Notes: generated by a model from the sequence alone, not told the origin. A DNA stretch of 64,000 nt from the human T2T-CHM13v2.0 reference genome, Homo sapiens (GCF_009914755.1 NC_060941.1); one strand, 5' to 3'; positions 47,245 to 64,000 are shown, counted from the stretch's first letter. Program-made: numbers and translations.

Positions 47245-47476
47245 TTTGGCTATGCTAGATCACTTGCAATTTTATACAGATTTTAGGATAAAATTTTCAA
47301 TTTATACAAAGAAGTCAGCTGAGATTCTTAGAGGGAGTGTGTTCATTCTTTAGATCAGTTTGGGAATCAGTTTATCATTTTAACAATGTTAAGTCTTCCA
47401 ATCCATAAATATGGGATGTTTTTCCATTTATTTAGGTCTTCTTTAATTTCTTTCAACAATATTTTATAGTTTTTAG

Positions 47477-47874
<398 letters not shown>

Positions 47875-47902
47875 TGATGCTATTATGAACAGAATTATTA
47901 GG

Positions 47903-48266
47903 TCCTTCCTTCCTTCCTTCCTTCCTGCCTTCCTTCCTTCCTGCCTTCCTGCCTTCCTTCCTCCCTTCCTCCCTTCCTTCCTTCCTCACAGTATCACTCT
48001 GTCACCCAGGCTGGAGTGCAGTAGCACAATCAGCTCACTGCAGCCTTCTCTTCCCTGGGCTCAAGAGATCCTCCTGTCTCAGCCTCCTGAGTAGCTGGGA
48101 CTATAGGCATGCACCACTACACCTGACTAATTTTTTTTTATTTTTTGTAGAGACAGGATTTTGCCATGTTGCTCAGGCTGGTCTTGAACTCCTGGCCTCA
48201 AGTGATTCTCCATCCTCGGCCTCCCAGAGAGCTGGGATTACAGGTGTGAGCCACTGTGCCTGCCCC
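47903..48266 (-). mobile_element. AluJ whose tail has become (CCTT)n (47903-47985)
   Basis: Flanks cagaattatt / cagaattgtt. Confidence 0.9.
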
Positions 48267-48455
48267 AGAATTGTTTTCTTAATTTCATTTTCAGATGTTC
48301 ACTGCAAATGTATAGAAATACAATTGATTTTTATATAGATACTGTATCTTGCAACCTTGCTGAGTTCATTTATTAATTCTAATTCTTTTTTCAAAAAGTA
48401 GATTAATTCATATTTTCTATATACAAGATAGTTTACTTCTTCCCTTCCTATCTGG

Positions 48456-48968
<513 letters not shown>

Positions 48969-50329
48969 CATGTTTGTTTTTTTTTTAATACCATAAAGGC
49001 ATGCTGGATTTTGTCAAATGCTCTTTGGGCATCCATTGGCATGATTGTGTGATCTTTATTCTATTGATATGTATGACATTAACTGATTTTCAGATACTGA
49101 AATAACTTACATTCCTGGGATAAATCCTAGTTAGTCATGGTGTGTAATTCTTATATGTTGCTGTATTTGATTTGTTAGCATTTTGTCAAAAATTTTTGTG
49201 TACGTATTCTTAAGAGATAAATAGTTTTATTTTCTTGTGACGTCTCTGTCTGGTTTTGTCATTTTATTCTAAAATAATTTGGGAAGTGTTTTCTCCTCTT
49301 CAATTTTCAGAAGAGTTTGTGAAATAAAGAATTGGTATTAATTCTTATTTAAATATTTGGTAGAATTTATAGGTGAAGCCCTCTGGGCCTGATATTTTCT
49401 TTGTGAGTAATTTTAAAACTACTAACTCAGCCTTTCTAGGTGTTATGGGTCTATTCAGATTGTTTATTTCTTCTTAAATTAATTTTGGTATTTTGTGCCT
49501 TCCTGGGATTTGTTTATTTCTTTTTTTGGGCATATAATCATTAATTAGAATTCCTTTCTAATACTTTTTATTGTTGTAAGTTTATAGTCCTATATCCTCT
49601 TTCATTCCTGATTCTAGAAATCAGTCTTCTGTATTTTTATTAGGGTCAGTTTAGCCAAGTGTGTTAATTTTATTGATGTTTTCCTAGAACAAGTTTTTTG
49701 TTTTATTGATTTATCTCCATTGTTTGTCTGTTCTCTATTTCATTTATTCTTGCCCTGATCTTAATTATGTTCATACCTTCACTTGCTTTAGGTTCAGTTT
49801 GCTCATCTCCTAGGGTCTTAATGTATAAGATTAGGTTATTGATTTGAGATCTTCATATAGGTATTTACAGCTATAAACTTTTCTCTGTGTATTGCTTTGG
49901 CTGTATCCCATAAATTGTGTCTTCATTTTTATCATCTCAATGTATTTTATGATTTCTATTTTTATTTCTTCTTTGACCTATTGGTTATTTAAGAGTATGT
50001 TATCTTATTTTCACATATTTGTAAGTTTCTCAATTTTTTTATGTTATCAATTTATAATTTATTTCCTTTGTATTCAAAGAATATTCCTTGTGTTATTTCT
50101 GTCCTTTCACATGTATTAAAATGTTTTATGGCTTTGTATATGGTCTACCCTAGATAATATTTTATGTGCATTTGAGATAAATGTATATTTAATTGTTGAA
50201 TAACAGACTGTCTTCTTTCTTACAGAAGTTTTGCAGGTTTTCTTGAATAGATGATTCTTCATTTACTCTTTGCTGTCAGAACATTTCTAGAGGCTGTTTT
50301 ATTAAAAAAGTAATTTTTACTCCTCCTAA

Positions 50330-50685
50330 CTAAAATGTTGTACACTTTAACCAATAACTCCCCATTTCCTCGCATCTCCCCTGACCTCTGCTAAACATTT
50401 TCCACTCCACTTCTATGAATTAATTTTTTTTAGATTCCTTATATAAGTGAGATCATGCAGTATTTGTCTTTCTGTGCCTGCCATGTTTCACGTAGCCTTA
50501 TGTACTTGAGGTTCATCCATGTTGTCCCAAGTGAGAGTTTTGTTCTTTTTAAAGGCTGCATAGTATTTCATTCTGTATATCTACCACATTTTCTTTCTTG
50601 CTTGCTTGCTTTCTTTCTCTTTCTTTCTTCCTTTCTCTCTCTTTCTTTCTTTCTTTTTTTTTCTTTCTTTCTTTCTTTCTCTTTC

Positions 50686-50726
<41 letters not shown>

Positions 50727-51230
50727 CATCTTTCCTTCTTTCTTTGGAGTCTCACTCTGTCACCAGGCACCATCTCAGCTCACTGCAACCTCTGACTCCC
50801 TGGTTGAAGCGATTCTCCTGCCCCAGCCTCCAGAGTAGCTAGGATTACAGGCACGCATCACCATACCCAACTCATTTTGTATTTTTAATAGAGATGGGGT
50901 TTCACCATGTTAGCCAGGATGGTCTTGATCTCCTGACCTCGTGATCTGCCCGCCTCGGCCTCCCAAAGTGCTGGGATTACAGGCGTGAGCCACCGTGCCC
51001 AGCCTACCGCATTTTCTTTATCAATCCATCTGTTGATAGACACTCAGATGGATTACATATTTTGGCTATTATAAATAATTCTGTAATAAATTAGGAATTG
51101 TACATATCCCTTCAACATATTGATTTCAGTTCCTTTGGATATATTCACAGAAGTAGAATTGCTGGATTATATGGTAGTTCTATTTTTACTTTTTTTGAGG
51201 GACCTCCATACTGTTTTCCATAATGCTTTA
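50330..51230 (-). mobile_element. L1MA 3' end fragment
   Basis: agattccttatataagtgagatcatgcagtatttgtc. Confidence 0.8.
50596..51003 (-). mobile_element. AluSc-like with a ~150 bp (CTTT)n/(CT)n microsatellite tail
   Basis: TSD CTACCACATTTTCTT 50581-50595 / CTACCGCATTTTCTT 51004-51018. Confidence 0.93.
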
Positions 51231-52574
51231 CTTCAGTTTTTTCTTAATCCTTGAAAGTCTTTATTTCTCCCTCACTCTTAAAAGATAACTTTTATTGATA
51301 TAGGATTCTTGGATGACAGTTTTGTTTCTTTCTTTGAGCATTTTAAATATGTTATCCCGCTGCATTCTGGTTTCCACAATTTCTGTGAAAACATTAGCTG
51401 TTAATCTTATTGGAGTTTCTTTATAATTGATGACTCATTTTTTTCCTTGCTGCTTTCAGGATTTCTTCCCTTCCTTCTTCCCCCAACCACTTATTTCTGT
51501 TTTGGATTGCAGCATTTTTACCATCATGCATCTGTTTCTAGATTTGTTTGTGTTTATCCTGTTTAGTGTTCATTGAGCTTCCTGGATGTGTAGGTTATTG
51601 TTTTTCAATAAATTTGGGAAATTTCTTCTCACTATTACTTCGAATAATCTTTCATATTCTTTCTCTCCTCTTCTTCTGTTACTCCCATTACATAAATGCA
51701 CAGTGTCCTACATTTCTTTGAAGCTCTGTTCATATTTTTCATTCTGTTTTTTTTCTGTCTTTTTCTGGCTTGCATAATCTGTTTGATCAGTCTTAAGGTT
51801 TGCTAATTATTTCTTATGCCAGTTCAAATCTACTGTTGAGCTCCTCTAGTGAATTTTTTAAAATTTCAGTTGTACTTTTCAACTTTATAATTTCCATTTG
51901 TTTCTTTTTAATGCTTTCTCTTTATTGATATCTTTTATTTGACGTGACTTTGTCATCATACTTCCTTTACTCCTTTAGTTATATTTTCCTTAGTTCCATG
52001 AACATATTTATAATGACTATTTTGAAATCTTGTTGTGTTAAATCTAATATCTTGTTGTAATCATGGGAAGTTTATGTTGCCTGTTTTTAATTTTATTTTT
52101 CTGTTGTATGGTTTATACTTTCTGATTCTTTACATGCCTTATAAGTTTTTGTTGGAAATTGGACATTTTAGATACTGTAGAAATATCAGCACTCATCCTT
52201 CCCCTCTGGGGTTTTTTATTAGCCTGTTTCATTTTTAGCAACTGGTTGGATAAGTTTAGTGAAGTTTACTTCCTTTGTACCATCCCCCTGCCCCCGACAC
52301 AGTGTGTTAAGCCTCTGATGCTGTTCCTGAAAAGGTGCAGCATATGGTGGCATACCCAGCCACCATAGCTCACTACAGCCTTGAACTTCTGGGCTCAAGT
52401 GATCCTCCCACTTTGGCCTCCCAAAATATTCTGGGACCACAGGTGTGAGGTACTGCATCCAGCCCTGCTTTAATTTTTTATAGGATGATTTATGAAATTA
52501 AAAAATTTCTTTTGCATCCGTTTTCATGTTAATTTCTCTATATCATCTAAGTTGTTACATTTGTTGGCATATGA

Positions 52575-52878
<304 letters not shown>

Positions 52879-53442
52879 AATACTTTTCTTTTTAATACAA
52901 TTCATCTATTCTCTTTTTTCATTAGTGATATTGTTCTCATCTTCTCTTTTTTTCATTGATTAATCTTACCGGAGATTTGTCCACTGTGTTAGTTTTTTTG
53001 AAATCACCTTTTGCTTTTCTTTTCTATTTTATTTGTTTCTGCTGTTATTTTTATTACCTCATCATCTACTTTCTTTAGGTTTACTGTGTTGTTATTTTTC
53101 TAACTTCTTAACATGGACATTAGACCCAATAATTTTGAACCTTTATTCTTTTTTATGTAAACATGTAAGGTTATACATTTCTAAGAATGGGTACTGAACC
53201 ATACCATACATTTCAATATATAGTGGTTTCACTATATTTCTGTTTTAAGTTTCCTTCAAATTTCAATTGTGATTAATTTTTTGCTCCAGGGGTTATTTAC
53301 CATTATGTTTTAATATTCTCAAATATATTTTGTTATTAAATTGTCACTTAATTATATTGCAGTCAGAGGTATTAGTACATATAGTATTTATTTGAAATTG
53401 AAATTTTTTAGGAATAATAAATGATCATTAAAAAAATTTTCT

Positions 53443-53734
<292 letters not shown>

Positions 53735-53924
53735 GAGAATTTTTTTTTTCTCAGTGCTTGAGAAAAATGTGCATTCTCTAATTGTTAGGTTCAGAATTTT
53801 CTGTGGGTATTAGATCAAGCTTGTTTACTTTGTCATTCAGATCTTTTATATTTTTGCTGATTTTTGTTTGTTTAATGGCAGAGTAAATTTAAAGAAAATA
53901 TCGAGAAGGACAAAGAACTTAAGA

Positions 53925-54357
53925 GTTGAGCTACCATTCAACAGGGCAATCCCACTACTGGGTATATACCCAAAGGAAAATAAATCATTTAACTAAAAGG
54001 ACACATGGACCTGTACGTTCATTGCAGTACTATTCACAATAGTACTCCATGGATGCAGCTGGAGGCCATTATCTTAAGTGAACTAATACAGAAACGAAAT
54101 CAAATACTTCATGTTCTTACTTATGAGTGGAAGCTAAACCTTGGGTACATATGGATGTAAAGATGGAACCAATAGACAATGGAAACTGCTAGAGCGTGAA
54201 GAGAAGAAGTAGGGGAAAGACTGAAAAACTACCTATTGGGTACCATGCTCGCTACCTGGATGACGGCTTTGATCATACCCCAAACCTTGCACCACATAAA
54301 TGCCCATATACCAAACCTGCACATGTACCCCTGATTCTAAGATAAAAGATGAAAAAA
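53925..54357 (+). mobile_element. L1PA/PB 3' end fragment
   Basis: gcaatcccactactgggtatatacccaaagg...aaacctgcacatgtacccc. Confidence 0.85.
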
Positions 54358-54695
54358 CATTAATTGTAATAAACTGATTCACTGTTCAATTTATGCTCTA
54401 TGCCTTGCAACAAAAGGTTTGTAGACATGAAAGAAAGGAGATATTACAGTTTTGATCTTGTTAGAGACAAGGAAGCATCACTGTTTTGGAGGAAAGGTGA
54501 TTCCCTGACATAGCCATAGCCACATGTCTGTTAATAGGTAAGCCTTCTCATCTCACTCTGTACCCTTTCTTCATAATACTGACCTGTATTGAAAGAATAG
54601 GCTCTTGATAAATATTTTTAAATAAATGAATGAATAAAAAGTAAAAGAAAAACAAAAGAAAATAGAAGGAAGTTTTTAGTAGTAGTAATAGCAGT

Positions 54696-54978
54696 ATTTT
54701 TTGAGACAGAGTCTCACTGTCGCCAGGCTGGAGTGCAGTGGCGCAATCTTGGCTCACTGCAACCTCTGCTTCCCATGTTCAAGCAATTCTCCTTCCTCAG
54801 CCTCCTGAGTAGCTGAGATTACAGGTGCCCACCACCACTCCCAGCTAATTTTTGTATTTTTAGTAAAGACGGGGTTTCATCATGTGGCCAGGATGGTCTT
54901 GATCTCCTGACCTCGTGATCTGCCTGCCTCAGCCTCCCGAAGCGCTGGGATTACAGGTGTGAGCCACTGTGCCCAGCC
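54696..54978 (-). mobile_element. AluSc-like
   Basis: Antisense Alu. Confidence 0.93.
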
Positions 54979-55459
54979 AGAAGGAAATTATTAATCGCAG
55001 AAATAAAAGAGGGAGAATCCAATGACAAAATTTAATAGGGAGGATCAATCAAGAAAAAAATGTATTTATCTGGAAGGGGTGATGAAAGGATAAACCATTG
55101 GTAAGATTTCTATTTCTGTGTAAAGAAAGAAAAGGTGCAAACCACACTAGGATTGAATAGGGGTCTGTAATAGACTTGCTGCAGAGACTAAACAGTGGAA
55201 TGTTAGGGAAAAAATGTATGCTGATAAACTTGCAAACTTAGTGGAAATAAAAAAAAAAAAACGAATAGAGAACTATAGTTTACCAAAACTTATTCAAGGA
55301 GAAATAGAAAACACTAGTTCTACAATTATTAAAGTCAATGAAACATAATTTTAAAATATTAAAAAACATACCATACCTTAATGCTTGGTTTTAGTGGTAG
55401 TTCTACCAAATATAATAGAACAGATAATTTCAAATTTTCCCAAATTTTTCAGAGAATAG

Positions 55460-55783
<324 letters not shown>

Positions 55784-56156
55784 CTGTGAGTCAATTTTTT
55801 TATGCAATTGAATAGAACCACAGAAATAAACTCATGCATGCATAAAAAACTTGATTCTTGGCAGAGTGGAAATTCTCTGTGGAGAAAGGTAAATTAATGG
55901 TTCTGTGCCAATAAGTCTTTCAAATGGAAAAAATAAAGTGATCTTAGAGACCTAATTTTATAGCATATATGAATATTATATACAGATTTAGAATGAAAAT
56001 GTGAATGGCAACATTTTAAAACTTTAGAAGACAACAGAAAATATTCTCTCGAAGGCTTGGGATACCTAAAATATATATATATAAAAACTCCTGTGAATCA
56101 ATAAATGAAATACAAGCAAATCAGTAAAAAAAAAATGTAAAAACATTTATAGGCAA

Positions 56157-56449
56157 TTTTTTTTCTTTCTTTAAGATAGAGTTTTGCTCTGTCACCCAGG
56201 CTGGAGTGCAGTGATGTGATCTCCGCTCACTGCAACTTCTGCCTCCTGGGTTCAATTGATTCTCCTGCCTCAGCCTCCTGAGTAGCTGGAATTACAGGTA
56301 CGTGCCACCGCGCCCGGCTAATTTTTGTATTTTTAGTAGAGACGGGGTTTCGCCATATTGGCCAGGGTGGCCTCGAACTCCTGACCTCAGGAGTGATCCG
56401 CCTGCCTCGGCCTTGCTGGGATTACAAGCGTAAGCCACTGTGCCTGGCC
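56157..56449 (-). mobile_element. AluSx-like
   Basis: TSD CATTTATAGGCA. Confidence 0.93.
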
Positions 56450-57228
56450 CATTTATAGGCATTTTAACAGGAGACTAATAGGATATGAAAAGATGCTTGT
56501 TCTTATTGATAGGCAAATTGTAGATACCATTTTCATACTCAACTATTTGAAAATATTTTAAAAGCTAGGCAAAACCAAAGTTGGGAAGGATGTGGAACTG
56601 TGAGAACTCTCATCTCCTATTGTTGGGAGAGTCAACTGATATAAATACTTTGGGGAGAAAATGTTGTAATCGAATAAGTCTGAGAATAATAGTACTTTAT
56701 GACCCAGAAACCTGCCCTAAGTATGTACGCCAGAGAAACTCTTGCCAATATATGGGAAGTATGTACAAATGTCTATATTGCTTATAAAAACAAAACCCAG
56801 AAATACTAAAATGTCTACTAACAGTGGAATGGATGTATAATTGGGCATCTATACGTGTATAATTATACATATATTATAGAATATTAACAAATGTGTAATT
56901 ATACATATATAGACATATATACAGACATATATATACATACAGAATGTTGTAAGGAATTAAAAATGAAAAAAAAAAATCCCTCCACACATCAACATAGATG
57001 AACCTCCAAAAAATAACATTGAATATAGGAAGCAGGTCATAGAAGGCTATATAGCTGTGAATCCATTTATATAAAGTTCAAAATCAGGCAAAACTAAAAT
57101 ATATTTTAGGAATACATTTAAAGATATTAAAACTCATAAAAAGCAAAAGAATGATTAACTCAAAATACAAGATGTTGGTTTTCTCTGGAGAGAAAGGAAG
57201 AGAGGGGCATAGAGGAACTTGCCTCTAA

Positions 57229-57559
<331 letters not shown>

Positions 57560-57783
57560 TAAGTCTGTTTCTTAAGCCAGATGGTGGTGGGTATAGTGAT
57601 GTTTGCTTTATTTGAAAAACCGTACATATATCTTTTATATATGCTTATTTATCTGAAATATTTCACAGTAAAAATTTTTAAAAGATTCTAGAGAGGAGAA
57701 GTCTGAGAAGATGAAGGAGTAGGAAGCGCCAGGGATCTGTCTCCCTAGCTAGACAACAATTGCACCGTCAGAATCTGTAAACA

Positions 57784-58515
<732 letters not shown>

Positions 58516-59674
58516 TAATATCACTGAACTGTACACTTAAATATATGTGAATTTCATGATATGCGTATTTTACCACAATAAAAAATTATGAGAAAAAAGC
58601 TGTTAGAGAACAACAACAACAACAAAAATAGTAGAGGAAGAACCTTGGCAGTTCTAATTATTCTAGATAGGGCGATGACAGGAACAACCTCAGGCCGCCA
58701 CAGAGTAACAGGTGACAATACCTTCTACCCTCTCCGGCTGGTTATAACTTATTGGACCATGGAGAATTAATTGAGCCATAGGCGAGGCTATGACAGGGCT
58801 GATGGAAAACGATGAGTGGACAAATTATTTATTCTTTGTCAATAATTTGAACTGGGAAATATTGAGATAAGCAGGTGGCGGTGGGAACTGAGGCTGAAAG
58901 AAAACAGAATTACGGAGCCCCTGAGTAGGGGAAGCATGATGTATAAGTCACACATAAGTCAAATTCCAAGGGAACAGAAGCCATTTGTGAGCAGAAGCTA
59001 CACGGTAGAGAATGTTCATAGAAAGGAAAGCCCATTCGTGTAGGAAGAGAAACGGACAGACTTCAGGCCTGGAGGCATAGAGTGAAATTCCTTCAACTGC
59101 CCAGGCAACCTTTGCTGAAGGCCTTAGATCTGAGCATCCCTGAAGGTTCCGTCTGAGCCCCGGGGCTACCTGGCTCGGGTTCCTGTTTCCTTCTCCTTGG
59201 GACCCCTTCATGGACCAATCCATGACCTGCTCCCCAGCCAGTAAGGAAAGTTCTCTCTTCCTTACATACTAAGCCCAACTACTATACAAACAGATTGTTC
59301 TTTCCAAAATGTTAAAACTATCTAGAGGGCTCCGGGGCTGGCAGAGATGCAGTAAGCCCACCTCAACTATCTCTCCCATTAACAACAACTAAAAACTCCA
59401 GGTAGAATACAAGAGGCCACACTCCCTGAGGGTGCTGAAAAGTTAACTATAGTGGGTGGATTGGGGAAAGAAGTCAAAAGTTGAAGAAATGGCTATGCTT
59501 TGTCAAATCTCATAGAAATGTACAGCGGAAAGGGTAAATTTTACTGAAGTTAAAAATTGTTTTTAAAAATAGCAGGTGAAAGCGGAAAAAGAATGGGATA
59601 CGGGTCCAGAAAACCTGGATTCCACAGGCTCAGCCAATTGTTAGTTGCTTATCTTGGTCACTTAACTAAATCTT

Positions 59675-60136
59675 TTTTTTTAAATTTTATTATTATTATA
59701 CTTTAAGTTTTAGGGTACATGTGCACAACGTGCAGGTTTGTTACATATGTATACATGTGCCATGTTGGTGTGCTGCACCCATTAACTTGTCATTTAGCAT
59801 TAGGTATATCTCCTAATGCTATCCCTCCCCCTCCCCCACCCCACAACAGTCCCTGGTGTGTGATGTTCCCCTTCCTGTGTCCGTGTGTTCTCATTGTTCA
59901 ATTCCCACCTATGAGTGAGAACATGTGGTGTTTGTTTTTTTGTCCTTGTGATAGTTTGCTGAGAATGATGGTTTCCAGCTTCATCCATGTCCCTACAAAG
60001 GACATGAACTCATCATTTTTTATGGCTGCATAGTATTCCATGGTGTATATGTGCCACATTTTCTTAATCCAGTCTATCATTGTTGGCATTTGGGTTGGTT
60101 CCAAGTCTTTGTGAATAGTGCCGCAGTAAACATACG
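59675..60136 (-). mobile_element. 5'-truncated young L1PA (about PA3-PA5) 3' end
   Basis: ORF2 C-terminus WIKKMWHIYTMEYYAAIKNDEF...LIGGN; TSD ACTTAACTAAATCTT 59660-59674 / ACTTTACTAAATCTT 60137-60151. Confidence 0.95.
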
Positions 60137-60549
60137 ACTTTACTAAATCTTAAAACCAAAAGCCTCCCCTAAACTACCTGAAGGCAAACAAGCAAAGCAA
60201 GGCAAGTCAATTTCTATTCAGTTTCTAACTGTGCTATTGAAGACGTTGATCTAAGGAAACTGCCTGAGTAGAAGATACTTCTTCCAGTCCTGATGGATTT
60301 TAGAAGCCTGCCTTCTTTCCTATAGCACTGGGGGCCTGGACAGCATGGATAGCAGTGGCTTTTCAAGGGGACCTCGATTGGCTTCTGAAATCCTTTCTGA
60401 CGTCAGGAAGTGAGAAGACAGCCAGCCAAGTCTCTCCACAGGCAGGTAGCCATTCATAACCTCTCCAAGTCAAGGGCCAATACCCCAAAAGCTTCTCCAG
60501 CCTTGGATGTTCATCCATTCTTACCCCTGAACAGTGACTTATACTGGAG

Positions 60550-60790
60550 AGCATAGTTGTTAAGAGTTTACATTCTGGATTTAGACTGCCTAGGTTTCAA
60601 TCCCGGATCGTCATTTCCTGTTGCTATGTGGAATCCTATGTCTCAATTTCTTACAGATGAGGATATACACACAGTAACTGTCTTATAGTGTTCTGGTGAG
60701 AATTTAATGAGAAAATGCACCCGAAATGCTTACTACAGTGTCTGACACGTGATGAACGATCAATAAATGAACTCAATTATTAATAACCAC
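60550..60790 (+). mobile_element. MIR
   Basis: agactgcctaggtttcaatcccgg...cagtgtctgacacgtgatgaacgatcaataaat. Confidence 0.75.
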
Positions 60791-61444
60791 TGCATAAAAC
60801 ACAAGGCATTCATTTCAGTTACATTCATCTCATTGGCCACTTGGGGGAGCCATACAGCTGTAAAACGAGCAGGTTTCAGGAAAGGTTTATTTTAGAAAAG
60901 ATTTTTGTTGCTGACTATTAAGAGAGGGAGAGTTAAGGGTTATCTAATTCCACTCGCTTACTTTTACATACAAAGAAACAAAGGTTCAGAAAGGAGAAAT
61001 GATTTGTTCATAGTCATACAAATAACTGGTCGTGTGAAGGCTAGAGACCATCTTTCCCAATTCATTGACAAATTACTGAATAAAAATCAAGTGTAGTTAA
61101 ATGCCTACTAGCTTCCAAGCACAGCTAGACTTGGTTTGCTGTGTGTCTGTGTAGAATTTAAAATAATCCTGCCGTTCTCAAATTCTCTGCTGATGAACTT
61201 GTGTTGTGCTTTTTTATTTTGTTGAGGCCTGTGCTTAACAAGTAGCAGGGTAACAGACACGGGTAATACATATCATGACATTTGTTGCCTTGTTGTATAT
61301 AGAGTTCTTATGAAACACAGGCAAACAGGCATTGTTTTTAAGAAACTTACTTACACGTTGAAATAAGGACACACACACACACGCACGCGTACATACTCGG
61401 TTGATGATCACATTCGATTTCAAAGCTTTCAGTGGCACCTGTAA

Positions 61445-61890
61445 GAGAATAATTCTCAAATTTATATTGGCAATCTGGATCTCTCCCCTGAACTTCTAGC
61501 TTATTTATCTAACTTCTTATGCAACATTTCCACTTGGAAGCCTATGAGACATCTCATGTTCTCGATATTTAAAGCCAAGTTCCTATCTTCTCTGGTACTT
61601 GCTCCTGCAACAGATTTTCCCATTTCAGGTAATGGCAACTCTGTTATCCATTTACTCAGCCAAAATCTTTGTGTTTCCCCTAAACCTCTGCTTTCTCTCC
61701 TACTCCACATTACATTCAGCATCAAACATTTGGCTCTCGATTCAGAATAAATCCAGGATCCACCCACTTCTTGCTGCCTCCACCGCTCCCACCACCATCT
61801 TACGATGGTTACTGCAACAGCCTCTTAACTGGTCTCTCCTGATCTAACCTTGTCTTCCCTGCACAGTGGCAGAGTGACGCTGTTAAAAAT
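61445..61890. mobile_element. L2 fragment
   Basis: ctctcccctgaacttc...ccacttggaag...tactgcaacagcctcttaactggtctc. Confidence 0.75.
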
Positions 61891-61898
61891 CTTAATAG

Positions 61899-62250
<352 letters not shown>

Positions 62251-62303
62251 AAAAATCTTAATAGTATCAGGCAGCCTCCTGCTCAAAAGCCTGCAATGGT
62301 ATC

Positions 62304-62533
62304 TGCTATGGTCTGAATGTTTGTGTGTCCTCCAAATTCAGATATTAAAATCCTAATCTCCAACATAATAATATGACTAGGTAGAGGCTTTAATAGGAAA
62401 TTAGGTTATAAGAATGGAGCCCTCATAATGGGATTAGTGCCCTTATCAAAGAGACCTTGGGAAGATCCCTGGCCCCTTCTGCTGTGTTAGGACATGGCAA
62501 AAAGATGGCCATCTACGAGTCAGGACATGGGCC
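62304..62533 (+). mobile_element. MLT1A LTR 5' part, followed by a short Tigger3-like terminus (~62538-62588)
   Basis: tgctatggtctgaatgtttgtg...gggattagtgcccttat. Confidence 0.78.
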
Positions 62534-62665
62534 TGTTATACATGCGGCCTGTTGTTGACTGAAACGTTGCTATGTGATCCATGACTGTATTTCTTTTCTT
62601 GTCTAGTTGCCTTGGCTAGAACTTCTGGTAAAATATTAAGTAGAAATGGCTAGAGTGGACATCCC

Positions 62666-62935
<270 letters not shown>

Positions 62936-63024
62936 TAGATGTCCTTTATTAGGTTGACTTTATCCCTAGTTTGTTTAGTATTTTTATCATGAAAGCATTT
63001 GATTTTGTCGTATGCTTTTTCTGT

Positions 63025-63525
63025 GTTAAAAGAAAAAACTGTGTCTTCTACACTCACGTTTCTGACACCAAATATGTGGAGGTTTTCCTACACTAAGCCA
63101 TTCTCCAATGCTCCAGGTATCAACAGGTGTCCTACAGTTCAATGATGACACTGATTACTCAAAGTTAGCACAGACCCCCCACAGGTTAAGGGATCGCCTC
63201 CACAAGACTGTCCCCAATTCAGATGCCAGTCTCAAGCCCAGGTTGTCACTCAGACGTCTGACCAACGAGCTAGAAATTGAGAGTTCCCATAATCCCCTCC
63301 TCATGTTTAATAATTTTGATAGAATGAGTCACAGAACTAAGGAGGGTGCTTCACTTATGTTTACTGGTTTACTAGAAAGCCTACTCAGGAACAGACAAAT
63401 GGAAGAAATGCACAGGGTGAGGTTTGTGGGAAGGAGTGTGGAGCCACTGTGCCCTCTTTATGAAGGCCACCCTCCCACACCTTTCTGTGCTCACTTACCT
63501 GGAAGCTTTCCAAACCTCATCATTT
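63025..63525. mobile_element. MER21-like LTR
   Basis: ttctgacaccaaat...gttagcacagacccccacaggttaaggg...cacaagactgtcccc. Confidence 0.7.
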
Positions 63526-63528
63526 AAA

Positions 63529-63828
63529 GTTTTGTTTTGTTTTGTTTTTTGAGACAGAGTTTCTCTCTGTCGCCCAGGCTGAAGTACAGTGGCGGGATCT
63601 CGGCTCACTGTGAACTCCGCCTCCTGGGTTCAAGCGATTCTCCTTGCTTCAGCCTGTAGTTGGGACTACAGGCACGCACCACCATGCCCAGCTAATTTTT
63701 GTATTTTTAGTAGAGACGGGGTTTTGCCATGTTGGCCAGGCTGGTCTCAAACTCCTGACCTCAGGTGATCTGCCCACCTCAGCCTCCCAAAGTGCTGGGA
63801 TTACAGGCGTGAGCCACTGCACCCGGCC
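63529..63828 (-). mobile_element. AluSx-like
   Basis: Antisense Alu. Confidence 0.93.
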
Positions 63829-63932
63829 TCATGGAGGTTTTCTTACTATTACTTTGGTCTTTTGTGTTACTATTACCACAGCTATGTTTAAAGTATTCAT
63901 CTTTGCCTATTTCACCTACCATGGAAAACATG

Positions 63933-64000
63933 GGCTGGGTGCCGTGGCTCACGCCTGTAATCCCAGCACTTTGGGAGGCCGAGGCGGGCGGATCACCTGA
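63933..64000 (+). mobile_element. Alu 5' end (runs off the window)
   Basis: ggctgggtgccgtggctcacgcctgtaatccc. Confidence 0.92.

Overview
Human (primate) genomic DNA. The first ~24 kb hold the last four coding exons (8-11) and the ~2.5 kb 3' UTR of MAP2K4 (MKK4/SEK1) on the + strand. I spliced the exons by eye; all have canonical GT-AG boundaries and join in one open frame, PERIDPSASRQGYDVRSDVWSLGITL...MPATPSSPMYVD*. The introns and the 40 kb downstream are mostly transposon relics: about 30 Alus, many L1 fragments, a near full-length L1PA, a two-LTR MST (MaLR) element, solo LTRs and Tigger/hAT fossils. Essentially all ORFs in the supplied track are repeat-derived or chance. I cannot support a genuinely new biological system here. 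The most unusual structures are an L1/Alu-right-arm fusion inside one target-site duplication (TSD), interleaved mutually exclusive inverted repeats in intron 9, an old ~140 bp local duplication downstream of the gene, a very young AluYa4/Ya5-type insertion, and a compact CCAAT+CRE+ETS motif cluster. Repeat subfamily names come from recalled consensus sequences, and repeat boundaries without a quoted TSD are approximate.
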